A stretch of DNA of 63,655 bases, filler included, from Octopus bimaculoides (GCF_001194135.2; 6 parts of 5 records of this genome joined end to end with filler, not necessarily neighbours in it); one strand, 5' to 3'; positions 21,190 to 36,050 are shown, counted from the first letter of the whole stretch. The notes: a model not told the origin generated them from the sequence alone. Translations and numbers: made by a program.

Positions 21190-24100
21190 TAAACTTGTAT
21201 AAGTGTATGCATACACACACATGTTTTACATAGGGAAATATAACAATGTATCCTTTGAACGTGTTTTAAAATATATAGCTACGTTTTGGTATTCGAATCA
21301 CTTTATTTGCCTTTAAATAGATACACAGCTCTAGAGATAATAGGTACAAATTTTGGGGGCCTCTCTTATGATACTGGGATTAGGAACTTGAATTTAAGTG
21401 AAGTGGAAACAAGCAGGCATCGAATTACTCTTCTGTGTTTGTTAATACTATCTGAGCTTATGGTACATGAGGAGACTATGACATTTTTTCGCAGAGATTA
21501 TCATCAGTGTATTAGCAACTGAAAAATGCACAACTGCAGTAGTCTTTTTGTCATGGCTTGAGGAAAAATCTATTGGATTTCAAACGAACATAGTTCGATG
21601 GTGTTCTTTCAGGTCCTCGCTCTATCAACTTCTATGTTTTCCAATTTTCGGCAGTTTTCTCTTAAGGTTTTCTCCTAAACAGTTATGATGATTCTGATGA
21701 CACTTCCGTTCTATGCCGATATCACTATTCATTCCTATTTCCCCATTCCCGTACTCAAGCATCATCCACATGCAATCTAGATCTCTCACTCCGAACATAA
21801 TCTGAAACAATGATATAGGCATTAAAAACATTCCTTTATAATGTTTTCCTACTACAGATTAGTCCAGTGATAGTTATGTGATACATATTTACTAAGAGTA
21901 AGTAAGTAATCTCTAAGGATAGCTACACTAAATGAAAAACACATCCATTCATTATCCATATTGCTTACATTTTAGTGTACGTGATGCGAAGAAAAAAATA
22001 AAATTGCTTTGCCTACGCTCAATGTAAGGTAGTGAATCCAGGCAGCAAAATGGAATCTTTATTGTAGTTCGATTATTTAAATATTCATATGGCAGAACGT
22101 AGTTAAATGAATCAACTGCACCATTGAGATGTTTTTTATCGAGTTTTTACATCTGCAAATTCACTTCAACCGAATGCATTACTTTATATTATATTAATTT
22201 ACTCTTGAAAAAACCTTGATAAAAAGCATGGAAACGGTGCAGTTGTCTCATGGAATTTCTTTCTTTCCTAAAAATAGTTAAATAATGGATCTGCTTTAAA
22301 GATTTCATGTTGGTGTTTGGATATCTTGCAATTTTTGTAGGTGATGAATTTTTTCACAATCCGTACTGTAAAATATTGTTTCGTTCCTCTTATTTCTCTG
22401 AACAGTCTTAATCCAATACGAATATATTTAAGCGGATATATTACTTTAGCAACAGTAGAATGACTTCAGCATTTAAATGTTTTCGTCCGAGATCTTCAGA
22501 AACAGAATTGTTTAAAGCGAATTTATTACTTTTTAAACTGTAAAATAAGAAAACCCGTGAGTCGTTACGCTTCTTCTTGATCTGAGAGCTCTTGTGTTAT
22601 AATGGTTCGTTATGTAGTAACTTTACCATTTATGATTGCATACCTTTCTCCGCATAGAGAAAAAGGCTACTTTGGATCCTAAATTTTGCTATCTCAATAA
22701 CGTTTTCTTTCGCATTCACGTTTTCTATCACTCTTCGTCTTCGTTAACTATAATCACATTAAGCACAACACCAATTGTCCCATATGAATTAGTTTCCTCA
22801 AAATAAATTTCTGCTTGCAATCATTATTTCCAGCCTATTAGATTGAAACATTCACGAAATGCAACAACATTGAAGTGGAGTTTGTGATGGCTGAATACAT
22901 TGCTAGTTAAGCAGGCGCACGGAAGAAACTTATTTCTATTTAGCTAGACCGGTTCAAGTTTTTTACGAATTAAGTTAGGCACTGTATTGTTTGGTTATAT
23001 CAAAATATACTGTTTCTGCATCGTAAACTATAAACATCATCAAACTAATGTCGAAGCAAATAGCTACTAAGAGGAAGACATTAGAACATCGTATGTTTAG
23101 AGAGGGAAAAAGTCAAATGGTGTTGCCAAATTTAATATTTTTTCTTTAATTTATTCTCGTACATATGAGTCTACTGGCGTTATGTAATAGCAGCTATAAA
23201 AGCTATAAAACTAATTCTGTATGTTATATGCTATTCTGTCTATTAAAATTTTTGGTAAGATTTTTGTCATAAAACTGTTAACTCTTTTCCGGCTCACTCT
23301 TTAATTCATGTAATGAAATTCGTATTTATCTTCACTAGCTGAATATTTGAGGAATATTTTAAAATACGTACCCAATTCTCAAATATTCTATGATTTAGTT
23401 GCAGATGTAGTTGTAAATAAAATAAATATCTTTTTGACTGGTATATTACATGAAATGTTTATTTTAAAAAGATTGGTTCTATATTCCGCAACGTAACACA
23501 CTTTCTTGTACATGTTTCCCGAATTATACAAAGTAAAATACATATATTCTTAAGCATTTTATCGAAGCATGTTTACCACCTGTTACAAGAAAAAAAAACT
23601 GCTTCAAATATGTCATAATGCACCTAGTATCGAAAGCTGTCAATTTGCTGCATCTTGTACAAAATGTGATAGATATCCCTTTCCAGAGAACACTATTGCA
23701 TTTCCGGTCCTCAAGGATTCATGCACTTTATTACCGGTCATTGGTGAACTTCGGTGAAGCCATACACGTTGTCCCGCTTAAAAATCGACAAAATTCCTGC
23801 AGATGATTTGAGCTAAGTACTTTAAAGTACATAGTCCAATAACGTATTAGGCAAATTTCTCTTAACTGTTTTTGTTAAGCAAGAGATATGTGAAAGGCAA
23901 GACACTTTGCCTGAACCGTTAATACTTTACACTATTGTTTGCGAATGGAATCCTGAGCTAAAAAGTGTGAATAAAATTAACTCATTCCTCGCAGAGTGGT
24001 TTCTGCATTTCAGGAAATATTTTCTGAAAGTTTATCATGACATTTGAAGGATTAAGCTACAGTGCACCAAATCTTTTTCATTTTTTCCCCTTAAAATTAA

Positions 24101-25469
24101 TATTTCATTATCCGAACTACAGATTTAAGAGAAATTCTTTTCCAGCTGTTGCAGTATTCAGAGTTTTGATATATTTGATTTATAAAAATGTGATATCTTT
24201 AAAGTTTGGCATCTATGTAAAATTTAACAGACATTTTCCAACATAAACATAAAATTTGATGTAACATGTAATTCAATACAACATGTAGCAATGTCAAGTC
24301 GTCGGCTACTAAACTGGCAACCCCACCAGGCTTGTTTGGTGAGGAAGGTGTTTGTTGCACACCCTACGGTCAAAGGGTGGAGGAACTCATGAGCAGTCAA
24401 CGGCCATCCAACAAAATATCTGTAAATATGTATATATCGTTTTTTTAATATTCTTATAAGTATATATTTTTGCTTATATATATATATATATAAAATATAT
24501 AGTTTTAGGGAAAATAACCAATTTTCAAGAACTCATCGATGAAAATCCACTATCACATATAGAAAAATTAATAATTTAAAACAATGATAATTTAAAACAA
24601 TGATAATTTATGTAAGATGTTTTTTTGTATATAATATATGTTATTATAATGGATGAAGGGATGATTATTGAATGGTTATTATTTTGATATGATATTTTTT
24701 AAATAATTTTTCTATCTTTATATAATAAGTATTTCATATTAATTCATTTGGTACTTATTGTTGGTTGAGATATATATCTAATTATTGTTCTACTTACGAT
24801 CTGACGAGTAGCTATATTTTTGAATAGAACTTATTTTCGATAATTTCAATTGNNNNNNNNNNNNNNNNNNNNNNNNNNNNNNNNNNNNNNNNNNNNNNNN
24901 NNNNNNNNNNNNNNNNNNNNNNNNNNNNNNNNNNNNNNNNNNNNNNNNNNNNNNNNNNNNNNNNNNNNNNNNNNNNNNNNNNNNNNNNNNNNNNNNNNNN
25001 NNNNNNNNNNNNNNNNNNNNNNNNNNNNNNNNNNNNNNNNNNNNNNNNNNNNNNNNNNNNNNNNNNNNNNNNNNNNNNNNNNNNNNNNNNNNNNNNNNNN
25101 NNNNNNNNNNNNNNNNNNNNNNNNNNNNNNNNNNNNNNNNNNNNNNNNNNNNNNNNNNNNNNNNNNNNNNNNNNNNNNNNNNNNNNNNNNNNNNNNNNNN
25201 NNNNNNNNNNNNNNNNNNNNNNNNNNNNNNNNNNNNTATATTCATATTTAAATCTTACTTTGTAATTTTAAATTGCATATCTTTTACCTTTTTATATTTA
25301 TATATATTATTTATATTTAATTCTTATATTAGCAAATCTCATGTACTCTTTTATGTATGAATGAGCTACTCTGTGTCGAACACCGGAGTTATATTTGATC
25401 ACTGTATAGAGTGTTTGAGTATCGGTTTGGTATCTGGAGTGGGATAGCTTACTTCATGGGCAGATAGAA

Positions 25470-26860
25470 GCTCTTTAACCTTGGTTGGTAATCTACCTAG
25501 GGTAACGAAATATCCGAAATAAAACCCGAGGCCTTGGAAGTTCCTGTTTTTTTTCAATTTTCATGTCACACCGGCGAAAGTTTTCTTAGGTGAGAGTAAT
25601 GCAATGCAAGCTACACCCCCTGAAAATTATTCATCTTCACGGGTACGTATTGTACACCTAATCTTAGTAAAATCATTGAATTGGTTGTTTGGCAGAAACC
25701 TAAAAATGCACTTGTAACTTACTCTAAAATGTCTGATTCAGTAAATGGCAGATTCAGTAAATGGCAAAAAAAGGCGTGTGAACGTCAGGGGAACAGGTGT
25801 AGATCAGCAGGTGTCCCAGTATATCACAGGCTGGGCCCGGTCGTCATCCTGCCACTGTGGTCAAACAATATTCAAGAAAAAGTAAAAATAAACATCCTTT
25901 GAATTTCCACTGTTGGAATGTGCGCACACTTCTTGATAATTTCAACAAGAAGCCAGAAAGGCGTACTGCACTTATTGCATATGTGCTTCAGAAATATTCC
26001 CTTAATATAGTTGCACTCTCTGAAATTCGTTTCTCTGGTGAGGATCAAATAAAGGAACCTACTTATGGATATACTATCTTTTGGAGAGGCTTACCCGAGG
26101 GTCAGCGTAGAGTATCTGGTGTTGGGTTTGCTCTCAACAATTCATAAGTAACCTCCATTGTAGAACTTCCAAGTGGTGTATCTGACCGACCCATGTCAAG
26201 CCGAACAAAACTGACAAAAGGTAGGTTTCTTACAGGTGTCAGTATTTATGCACCAGCAAAGTCTCAATATGATGAAACTATTGAGGAAAGTATCTATTTC
26301 TGACAAGCTGATCACATTGGGAGATTTCAACGCAAGAGTTGTAAATGACTGCGATGCTATAGAAAGTATCAATCCTGGCACAAAAAAATCTATGGAAAGA
26401 TTGCAAAACAAAAGTATTTCAGTCTACAAGTTCGTCAGTGGGATTTAAATCACGTAAGTCCAGTGACTGGTTCTCAGATAGATCAATCGAAATCCATGAT
26501 CTACTTTTTTAAAAAGTCAAAACTTAGGCAATACACTCCTTTCTCAATCCTTGAACCCCAACTCAAACAAAGCTTACAGAAAGCTGAACGGAAAGTGCAG
26601 CCTACTCTGAGGAAAATTAAACAAGAATGGTAGAATGACAGAGCCAAAGGGGCTACAAGAAACAGCTGATCTGATAGAAATGATACTAATGGTTTGTACT
26701 CTTATGTTAAGGAGCTACTTGCTCCAGATCTTCTTCAATAGCTCTAGGGAGAACAGCAAACACACGTTTGCCTATGACTGACACCGCTTCTATTCATAGA
26801 ACATTTTCTGCATTTTTGAATAGATCATCATCCACTGACATGAGGATAAGAAAAAATCGA
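25470..26860 (+). mobile_element. RTE-clade (BovB-like) LINE 5' portion with APE endonuclease, degenerate
   Basis: ORF 25857-26147: LNFHCWNVRTLLDN...PERRTALIAYVLQKYSLNIVALSEIRFSGEDQIKEP..GYTIFWRG.PEGQRRVSGVGFAL; then SGVSDR, VSIYAP, DKLITLGDFNARV; RTE-like 5' UTR aagctctttaaccttggttgg.... Confidence 0.88.
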
Positions 26861-26906
26861 ACACCTTCCAATTATAGAAGAGATGGTATTCGAACAAACT
26901 CTAAAT

Positions 26907-26967
<61 letters not shown>

Positions 26968-27294
26968 NNNNNNNNNNNNNNNNNNNNNNNNNNNNNNNNN
27001 NNNNNNNNNNNNNNNNNNNNNNNNNNNNNNNNNNNNNNNNNNNNNNNNNNNNNNNNNNNNNNNNNNNNNNNNNNNNNNNNNNNNNNNNNNNNNNNNNNNN
27101 NNNNNNNNNNNNNNNNNNNNNNNNNNNNNNNNNNNNNNNNNNNNNNNNNNNNNNNNNNNNNNNNNNNNNNNNNNNNNNNNNNNNNNNNNNNNNNNNNNNN
27201 NNNNNNNNNNNNNNNNNNNNNNNNNNNNNNNNNNNNNNNNNNNNNNNNNNNNNNNNNNNNNNNNNNNNNNNNNNNNNNNNNNNNNNNNNNNNNN

Positions 27295-27325
<31 letters not shown>

Positions 27326-30300
27326 TAGATAGATATCCTATTTATATACATATTTGCTTGTAAATATATTCTTTTCTATACTCTATACCCGTACCAGTTA
27401 TCACAACAAAGCTTGTGATATCATACCTGCTATGTACAACTACTTTATTAACTCCACCATTTCCTTTTTCTGCTTTGCAAATAAGCGTTAAATTTATTCT
27501 TATTCCATTCACATCTATAATACAATATATGAATTTTTAATCAACCCCAAATATTTTTCTGGTATTATCACTCCAATAGAATTATATAAAAAGAAAAAAG
27601 AAAAAAAAAACAAAGCTGGCATCGGCATGATGTAAAGTACTGATAATTTATACTGCAAAGCATTTCATTAATCGTTTTTCGTTTGAATTAGTAAATAGAA
27701 TTTGAATTAGTAAAGAATGTATTCCTAATGAACTTATAATGAGGAATAATCGTTGCTTAAATTTTACATTGTACACTCAGATGTGAATGAAACAAAAGAT
27801 TCCTCTCTACAGTTTAAAATTTCAAACCAAACTGGCCTCGAGAACGGGAGGATAAAACTATTGAAAAAAGCCTGTACAGATATGTTACCCCTGAATATCA
27901 GCGTAATATCTGCTTTATAGTATCAATGTGTCATTAATATTTTCGTGAATAAATCTCTATGAATGTACTGATAAATTAAATGTATTATATTAGTATTTGA
28001 TAAGTGGTTAAATCTCGTTTAGGGAGTGAGATTTCGCAAAGTATTTTATCTTTAGCGAGAAATCAGCTTTCAATAGAATCCAAACAATTTGTTTCACTTC
28101 ATTTTAGAAATAACGATTCTTATAAATGCTCCATTTACCTCACCAGAATTCGTAAACATGTCAGGTATATTATCTTCGAGAATAAATATTACTGATGACT
28201 AATATATGAACCGTAGATTACCAAATCGATGCAAAATCACATTAAAAGCCGAGAGACATAGTCAACATTTCCAAAGTTGTAATAAATGTAAGTAGATACA
28301 ACTGCATGCATGGAAAGATTGTTTTCTTAAATCACATTTTCGGGTTCAGATTTATTCATGACGATCGAAGTCTGACGTTCTGGTCTATTGCCATTACTGC
28401 AAAATAGATTAGATATTAATAACTAATTATGTATACTATGCCAAAGAGGTGAATTTGGATTAAGCATTAACATAAATTATCATAAATGTTATAAAGTTTA
28501 TATCAAGCTTGCATTATATAAAATATGTTGCTACAAGCCAAGAATAAGAATAACCAATAAGTGGGACGCAGTTTTGATCATATATTCATGGTTCTATTAT
28601 CATTATAAGCAACGGCAAAACATGTTCGCTAAAAAGTAACAATGAATAACATAACAGTCTACTTTACGAACATTTTAATAATGATATATTTTGTCAAGTT
28701 GAACTATAAGGAAAAGTTAACCGAATGTGAAATATAGCAAGCGAGATGTTAGATGACTTTATAGAACTGAGAACCTCTGCCAAAATGCTATAAGAGCGTA
28801 GAAATATCAACGTACTTAAAGCCTTATAAAAAGCGTGATTATCTTTGTTTGATTTTAGGTTGTGAAGTCGGTGTTGTCACCAGTAGCTGACCAGTCACTA
28901 ATATGTAATATAGTATGGGAGAGTAACCAGTCAGGCATGTGTGCAGGAGGTGCAATGAAAACAAGTAACTGTTAAACACTGTGTAGTTTTATATTGAAGC
29001 ATGGTTTGCTACCTCATGCTGAATTGTTGTAGCATTACATTGTTTAAGGCTGTGAGTGAGAGACGTACCTCTTACACTAACCAAAGACCACCACTCGGCC
29101 GTTGATCATCATTTACTGGAGTTCACTTTTGCATGCATTCAAACCACATCTCTAGCCTGAGAATAATTTCCTTTTACCCACTCTTACCAGGCATGTATAT
29201 CCAGGATAATTTCAAACTGTTCATCCTACTGAAATTATATCATTACAAAATGCAGGCGCAAAGCATGTGTATCAAATTTAAATTCGTACAAAATTTAGTT
29301 ACTGTTTCAGACAGCTTTGTGAATCGAGTGTTTGAGACAAATGGTTCAGTGTTTTGCTGATATAGAAAAAGAAATAATGACTTCGACCTGAAAACGTATG
29401 ACTACATATACTGATATTGTCATACAACCAGAAATTTACTTTAATTTTCATATCGTTGCAGTACTTTGTACCTAGAAAACGTATTAGTTTCCATATTTAC
29501 GATTCGAAACTTCAGTCTTGCAATATAGTTACAGAAACAAAATTGGTTTCTACGCTAAATTAATAATCAACAATATCAAATAACACATTACTTTTCACTC
29601 TCCCGTACCAGCTGCTTTTATTACGAAAGCTCTGTGCCATTCAATTATTAAGATAAACAAATGAATACAATTTAATATAAGATGAGATAAAATAATGCAT
29701 GCAGTTGTCTTTTTCACGACCATCCATTCTGCCCTTCTCCTCCGTTATATCGTAGCTTTATCGCATGAGTGTTCTCAGTGTTGCATGATTATCATCTGAC
29801 GATCTTAAGATTATAACCTGAATATGAGACAGATATTACACTCTGGCGTAGCTTTGCCACCTTCTATCCTCTAGAACACAATGTTTTGGAAGTAAACCAA
29901 ATTAATTTATTCTTCGATAAATTAGATTCACCGTTTACGCACTAATGCAATTCAGAGAATATGACAGAAAGAGAGAGAGAGAAAACTAGTAACAGAACGA
30001 AACTCACGTACACAAATATATATACACACACTCACACACGCGTGCACACACACACACACGCACACACACGCACACACACACATACTGGCACACATAAGCA
30101 CAGACACAGACACCCACACTCACAGAGACATACAGGCAAAACCTATAAATTTATAAATATATATAAACATACATACAGACGTACATAATACATACACACA
30201 TACATGCACACACACACACGCACACACACACACACACACACACATACATATACACGTATAGTTATAAATGTATGGATATACGTACTTATATCGGAAAAAG

Positions 30301-31363
30301 TAGAAAGAGAAGAGAGAGCAGCAGAAATGGATGATTAATGTGTTTACTGCTGACATCATAGACATTTTTCTTAAAGGAGTCTTGCGTTATAACATATTTA
30401 TCACTAGTTTATATTTTCCTCTTTGGTCTATACGACCGATTACGGCCATGTTAATTGTATATCATACAAGTGAAAATACATTGCCAACAGAAGATTTGTA
30501 ACGTTTACCTCATAATATTTCATCTTTATTTAACGTAAATGCTGACAAGTCTATAAGACCACATAAGTCTCACATTATCTTAGGCGCATATTTCTTACTG
30601 AACATGAAAACAACGCTTACTATTCTCGTACAGGATACGAACATGATGTAAATAACCTTTCAGTTCCCAGTTGAATATACTTAATTTCAGATACATTTCG
30701 AATGTCCTTGTGAAATACGTAGGTATCTTGATTTCTATTCTATACTCGGTAAAATTACGAACCGAATTGAATGAAATCGTTGTATAATGGAATGTTAGGT
30801 TGTAAAGAAGTATAGATGGATATCGATTTCCCCATTGGCATAACGATACATATTTGTAGGTGTAAAGAACCTGAAGACCGAACGCCGCATTGGGCTTTTG
30901 AAGTGATTAAGTACGATACACTGCAAAGAGTCAGGAGGATTTTATGTAACAAATCTATAATTTTTTTTTTAGATTATAGAGTATTATAATTATTTATTAC
31001 ATCCACTCATACTCACACACACACACAGACACACAGACACACAGACACACGTACATGCATACATACATATATACATACATACATGCATACATACATACAT
31101 GTATACATACAAATATCTATCTATATATACATACAGAGATAGAGACAGAAAGAGAAAGAAATGACTAGTGAGTGTAGCGACACTGTATGACCGAATATTT
31201 GCGTAGTAAGTATAGCTTGCAATAAACAGATGCCGGTTTCAATTTCCAATTTCTCTGCTCCGCTTTGTCGTCACACAACGAGTGGTCCTATACATAGTGA
31301 GTAAAACTGGATATAGGGAAAATGTGTGGAAGCATATCGGATGAAAAATAGCTCCCGTCATTG

Positions 31364-31486
<123 letters not shown>

Positions 31487-32498
31487 TTCTTTATTAGCCG
31501 TAGAGGACTGAGCACAGAGGGGACAAAATACAATGAAGAGCTTTCTTTTTGGCAAAGAAAGAAAAATGTGTGGGGGTACAATTTTGATCAAAAGGGATCG
31601 TGGTGGAAAAAAAGGAAGCCGATCAATGGGGATCGTATATCACAGAAATGTCAAAATGTAAAAGGGGTACCAGATTAGGTTTATCCGTTGAAAGAAAAGC
31701 CTACAGAAAAGACCACGGTAACCTCGGGCAATAATGTCATGTAAAAAGCACACTACAGTAAGAGACTCTTTTTTTCCTTACTTTTTCTGGTTCATAGGAT
31801 TATGCACAAGGTGACTCCGTCATTCACACGTGCCATCCTTGCTGCATTCACCCATCTTTTTTTGAAACATTCACTCGACAAAGCTTCCCTCTCTCCTCCC
31901 ACCTTCCTCTTCAAGTGATACTTGAAGTTTATGAGCGATTTATCAGAGAGGAAAGTGTTTGTCTCTAGACCTATCAGACGCGGCAACCTTACACATTCTT
32001 TCGCTATAGCCACAAGTGCGATGAAAAGGCTCTTCCTTCCCGTTTCAAGGTAGGAGGCACGACAATATTCACGATAGACTCGGTTGATAAACTGACTTGT
32101 CCCACATGCGATAGCAATTGTTCGACATAGGCCCACAGGCCGGAAATGGTTGGACATTATATTAGTGCGTGTAGAACGTTTCGTCGCACTGACCGCATCT
32201 CAGGCAGGTCGGCTCCGTTTTTCTCGAGCCATGCCTGTAGAGCTTATCCCGAACGGGTAGTGCTTCACAATAGCACTGCCAGGCCAGGGATCTCTGGAAG
32301 TTGTCCATAGGTCCCAGCCCGAAAGTCGTCTTGAACAGGGGGGTCAGGTATTCCTCGTCGACGCCCAGGTTCGCCCCGAGATCGTCGTCGTACCTCCCTT
32401 CCACTAATCCCCTATAGAATGCTTTGGTTCGCTCAAGGTCGACCCGGGACAGCATAGTTGCTCAAGAGCAATGCAACACACGCGGTGCCATTCGCCCT
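31487..32498 (-). mobile_element. Tx1-clade (L1 group) LINE 3' end: ORF2 C-terminus, 3' UTR and AATAAA
   Basis: Minus frames ...FQRSLAWQCYCEALPVRDKLYRHG....PTCLRCGQCDET (zf-RVT-like) and VAIAKECV...RLIGLETNTFLSDKSLINFKYHLKRKV..EREALSSECFKKRWVNAARMA; the 3' UTR ends ctacggctaataaagaaa directly into (CA)n; runs into the scaffold linker at 32499. Confidence 0.85.
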
Positions 32499-32598
32499 NN
32501 NNNNNNNNNNNNNNNNNNNNNNNNNNNNNNNNNNNNNNNNNNTTAATTAATTAANNNNNNNNNNNNNNNNNNNNNNNNNNNNNNNNNNNNNNNNNNNN
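32499..32598. other. Scaffolding linker N44-TTAATTAATTAA-N44
   Basis: Identical to the linker at 16449. Confidence 0.9.
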
Positions 32599-32664
<66 letters not shown>

Positions 32665-33289
32665 TGTGTGTGTGTGTAATCTTGTTGAATGCAGACATCT
32701 CTGAGTTCCTTATTTTCCTAAGTCTCTTTTGTTATTCTGGTTTTAGTCACAGCACCAATGAATGCAACATTCTCATTGATTCCGAGATACTTATAGTTTC
32801 CATAAATAGAAATAAGGAAAATAGACAACTCGTTGATGTACATGTTCTCTCTTTAGTTTACTGTCCTCGAGTGATTATCATGTATGAGCATTTATCTTGT
32901 ATCTTCTCCATTCCTATGTTTCATTAGAATGTTGTGATTAATTCTAATTCACTCTTGATGCTGTTCATATTACCAGGATATAACTGTAGGTCATCAGCAA
33001 AATATATGTGAAATTAATTTTCCTCTTTCCTGCATATCACAATACGTAGCCTTGAGTTTCACTACCGGTAAAGACAATATTACAGATAAACTATCACACT
33101 GAAATATGCCTGTTGTTTGTAACAATAGGTTTGTTTGTAACAATAAGTGCTGCTTTAGTAACTTCAGCGATAACTGTGTGGACCATGTAGCTTGTGGTCA
33201 GTCTTTCGGTTGCATTCACTATAACAGTTGGTATTTTGGCAAGGTGTAGTAGTGATTCTATCATCCATGGGTGAGCCGTAGAGCTGAAC

Positions 33290-34900
33290 ACCTTATTATA
33301 AGTCTAGCTATATTATTAAGAGATAACGGTGATATCGCATGGTTTTCTAAAGATCGACTTTGTTGAAGAGGAGCTGTTCAGCATTGACCCAAACTCCGTT
33401 CTTTCCTCCTGCCTGTTCAACAGCTATCACACCATTTGTTTGGCAGTGATCTTTGTAGAAACATTCAAACAACCTATGTATAGTTTGTACATAACATTCA
33501 AGCATAATATGGGCAAAATAGTTTTTGGCCGCACGGGTCTCTTTGTTCTTGGGAATAAGAATAGTCTTTACAACTGTCAGCCAATCTGATATACCTAGCT
33601 CGGCGTCCGTTGTTTTGTTTTTGTTTTTTTTTTATGGAGTCATGAGAATTTCCCTGTCGTACATAAGCTTTTTGCCCCAGTAGCCTACTATCAGGTCGCT
33701 CGTGTGATTTTCTATTTGACAGTTTCATATTAACCGACAGGAGTGTTTCACTGGTTATGTCATATTTTGAGACAGACATTTGCAGAATACCCACTTAGTA
33801 GTTCGTGTAACCATGCTCCATTACAATTGTGTTCTTTGTTTACATCCCAGATTCCCCGCGTGAATGACTCCAGGTCTTCTTATGGAGGAGCATTTACTAC
33901 CGTGATGATACTGCCTTTCATATTGCTATATACAGTTTGTAGTCTTCGGGAAAACTTTGCTTGTAAGTACTTCTCGGCGGTAATTCCTATACAGTTTGGA
34001 AAATTTATCATGCAGTCGTAGCTGGTGTTTCGTGAATTCATTTTTAGCTTTGCATTTGATGATAGTAACCAACTGTCCTAGCTTTTTCCTGACTCCGTTG
34101 ATGTTATTTTGGAGGGAGGTAATCCATTTTGGCTTAGTATTACTCTTAGGATAGGTCTCTTTCACTTCCATCTGTTTAACGCACAGTTACTGCAGCACAA
34201 TATAGCAGGACATTCATTGTTTAAAAAGTTGGGAGTTGGGATTTGAGGTAGTTGTTTTCTCGCAATTTCGTCGATCGCGGATATCATCAGATCGGTGGGG
34301 GCTTTTTTCCCAACTCGTGTCGGTATCGTTCCGTCAAGCAGTGCTTTATGTATGCAGGTAGTGAAGTTCTGTTTGACTTCGATGCAAGTTGTGACTTTAG
34401 TATCTTTTATTCCTCATTTGTTTTTGTGAGATCATAAGTGGTTGTCACATGTCCGTGTAATGGTGGCGGTTTGTTAGTGTTGTGTTTGTCTTGATCGTGT
34501 TTCTTATCGTTCAGTCTCTTCACAGAAGATGTTTATTGTGTTGTCAATACGAGTATCATCATTTATACATTTGGCTGAGTGATTTTGTTTGGTAGGGTGA
34601 CATTTCTTTTCAACATATGTTGCCTGCTGGCGTAATTGTTTCTTTGAAACATTTGAGAATGTTGGATATTTCGTATCCTAATATTCTCTATCTCTTCATG
34701 CTGCTTATCGAGGAATTTTCCTCGGCTTTTCAATAGAACTGGTATGTGTCTTGGTTCAGTTCGAAAGTCCGCTGGAATCTCTCTCGATACTTCTGCAATC
34801 TGCGATAGCTGATCGTGTTCTTTCGTCGTGACGCTGTATGTATAATTCTTGGACGTTGTATGTATTCACAGTTTGATTACTCCTGAGTTCTTTTCAAAAA
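33290..34900 (-). mobile_element. R4/Dong-like (RLE-type) non-LTR retrotransposon, N-terminal half into early RT, degenerate
   Basis: Minus frames KQLRQQATYVEKN; PKWITSLQNNINGVRKKLGQL...KCK; EQAGGKNGVWVNAEQLLFNK (cf. EQKGC.KG..GCKEQLLID of R4-type RT). Confidence 0.65.
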
Positions 34901-35094
34901 AGGTTGTTTCTTTTCATTTACTCAAAGAAGATAACCATTTCTTTTGCCAGGTTTGTATTAATGGCAAGGATTATAGGGGATAGCATTCATTACCCGGGAG
35001 ATTGAATAGCTCTTTATGCCAATGTGTCTGTATTCGACGCTATGTTTCTTTTTTATTTGTATGTTTGTATGTATGTATGTATGTATGTATGTAT

Positions 35095-35258
35095 GTCCGT
35101 TTTTACGTTCTGAATTCAAATACCACCAGGGTCGACATTGCCTTTCATCTTTCGGAGTCGATAAAATAAGTAACAGTTGGGCACTGGAGTCGATGAAATC
35201 GACTAGCGCCATCCTCCAAAATTGCTGGCCTTGTACCAAAATTTGAAACCATTATTAT
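35095..35258 (+). mobile_element. SINE family B, 5'-truncated
   Basis: tacgttctgaattcaaatacc...gtcgacattgcctttcatctttcggagtcgataaaataagt...aaattgctggccttgtaccaaaatttgaaaccattatt. Confidence 0.85.
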
Positions 35259-35479
35259 ATATTGATACATTCGAGCCAGTGTCCTAATTCTCCTAATTGT
35301 GATGTCATTTGCTCTTCCACTTCAACCAGAATATGTATTGTTTGACTGACTCACAGACCCATTCCCATGAGTCAACAACTACACTTATAACTGTATCAAC
35401 ACTTATCTGTCCTATTCCATTGTCTCCAACAACGAAGCATTAGTTAAGTGTAAATGAGAACACTACTATGAATATATTA

Positions 35480-35730
35480 TCTTTTATCTTTTATGATTTA
35501 CTTGTTTCAATCACTGGACTGCAGCCATGCTGGAGAACTACCTTGAAGAGTCTAGTTAAACAAGGCGACTTCTGTTCTTACATTTTTAAGCCTGGTACTT
35601 ATTCCGTCGGTCTTTTTTGCCGAACCTTTCAGGAAGGTATACAAACCGACGTCAGTTGTCAAGCAGTGGTAGGTAACAAACATAACACAAAAACAATGAC
35701 ACGCACACAAAGATATATACATACACACTC
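35480..35730 (-). mobile_element. SINE family A 3' half
   Basis: tttacttgtttcaatcactggactgcagccatgctggag...cctggtacttattcc...gtcaagcagtggt. Confidence 0.75.
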
Positions 35731-35799
35731 ACACACACACACATATATACATAGATACATATATATATATATGTGTGTGTGTATGTGTATAGGTATGCG

Positions 35800-35847
<48 letters not shown>

Positions 35848-35861
35848 GAATGGAGAAGGCC

Positions 35862-35936
35862 GGTTTATGGGATTACCTTAGGTTTCCCGTCCATAAAGGA
35901 TTTAGCTTTATGACGTATCGTCAGACCCCAAAAACC
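35862..35936 (-). ncRNA. Type-I hammerhead ribozyme with fully conserved core (Penelope-like 3' pLTR)
   Basis: GGUUUUUGGGGU-CUGACGA-U-ACGUCAUAAAG-cuaaauc-CUUUAUGGACGG-GAAA-CC-uaa-GG-UA^-AUCCCAUAAACC: 12-bp stem I (one U-U, one G-U), 10-bp stem II with one bulge, 3-bp stem III, GUA cleavage triplet (cut between 35874 and 35873). Confidence 0.85.
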
Positions 35937-36050
35937 TGTTGGTCTATGACCTCTTAAAATATGGAGGGAGAATGCCTCACTACTCAAACGTAACAATTGG
36001 AGATTATTTCCCTTTGCTATTGGCTATCGACTTCTGACTGTGCCGCCATT

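Noticed and set aside
23045-23110. MSKQIATKRKTLEHRMFRE resembling a hAT (Buster/SPIN) transposase N-terminus
   Set aside because: Only about 19 codons, with no TIRs or downstream domain seen.
25380-25540. HDV-like ribozyme at the RTE 5' end
   Set aside because: Expected from family knowledge, but I could not fit the double pseudoknot in this decayed copy.
28858-29170. Candidate exons with plausible AG/GT boundaries on both strands
   Set aside because: Either stops in all frames or no recognisable protein; needs RNA-seq.
30860-30910. 51-bp candidate exon (CKEPEDRTPHWAFEVIK)
   Set aside because: No homology recognised; weak acceptor.
34255-34292. Minus-strand CUGAUGA...GAAA
   Set aside because: No stems; lies within the R4-like coding remnant.
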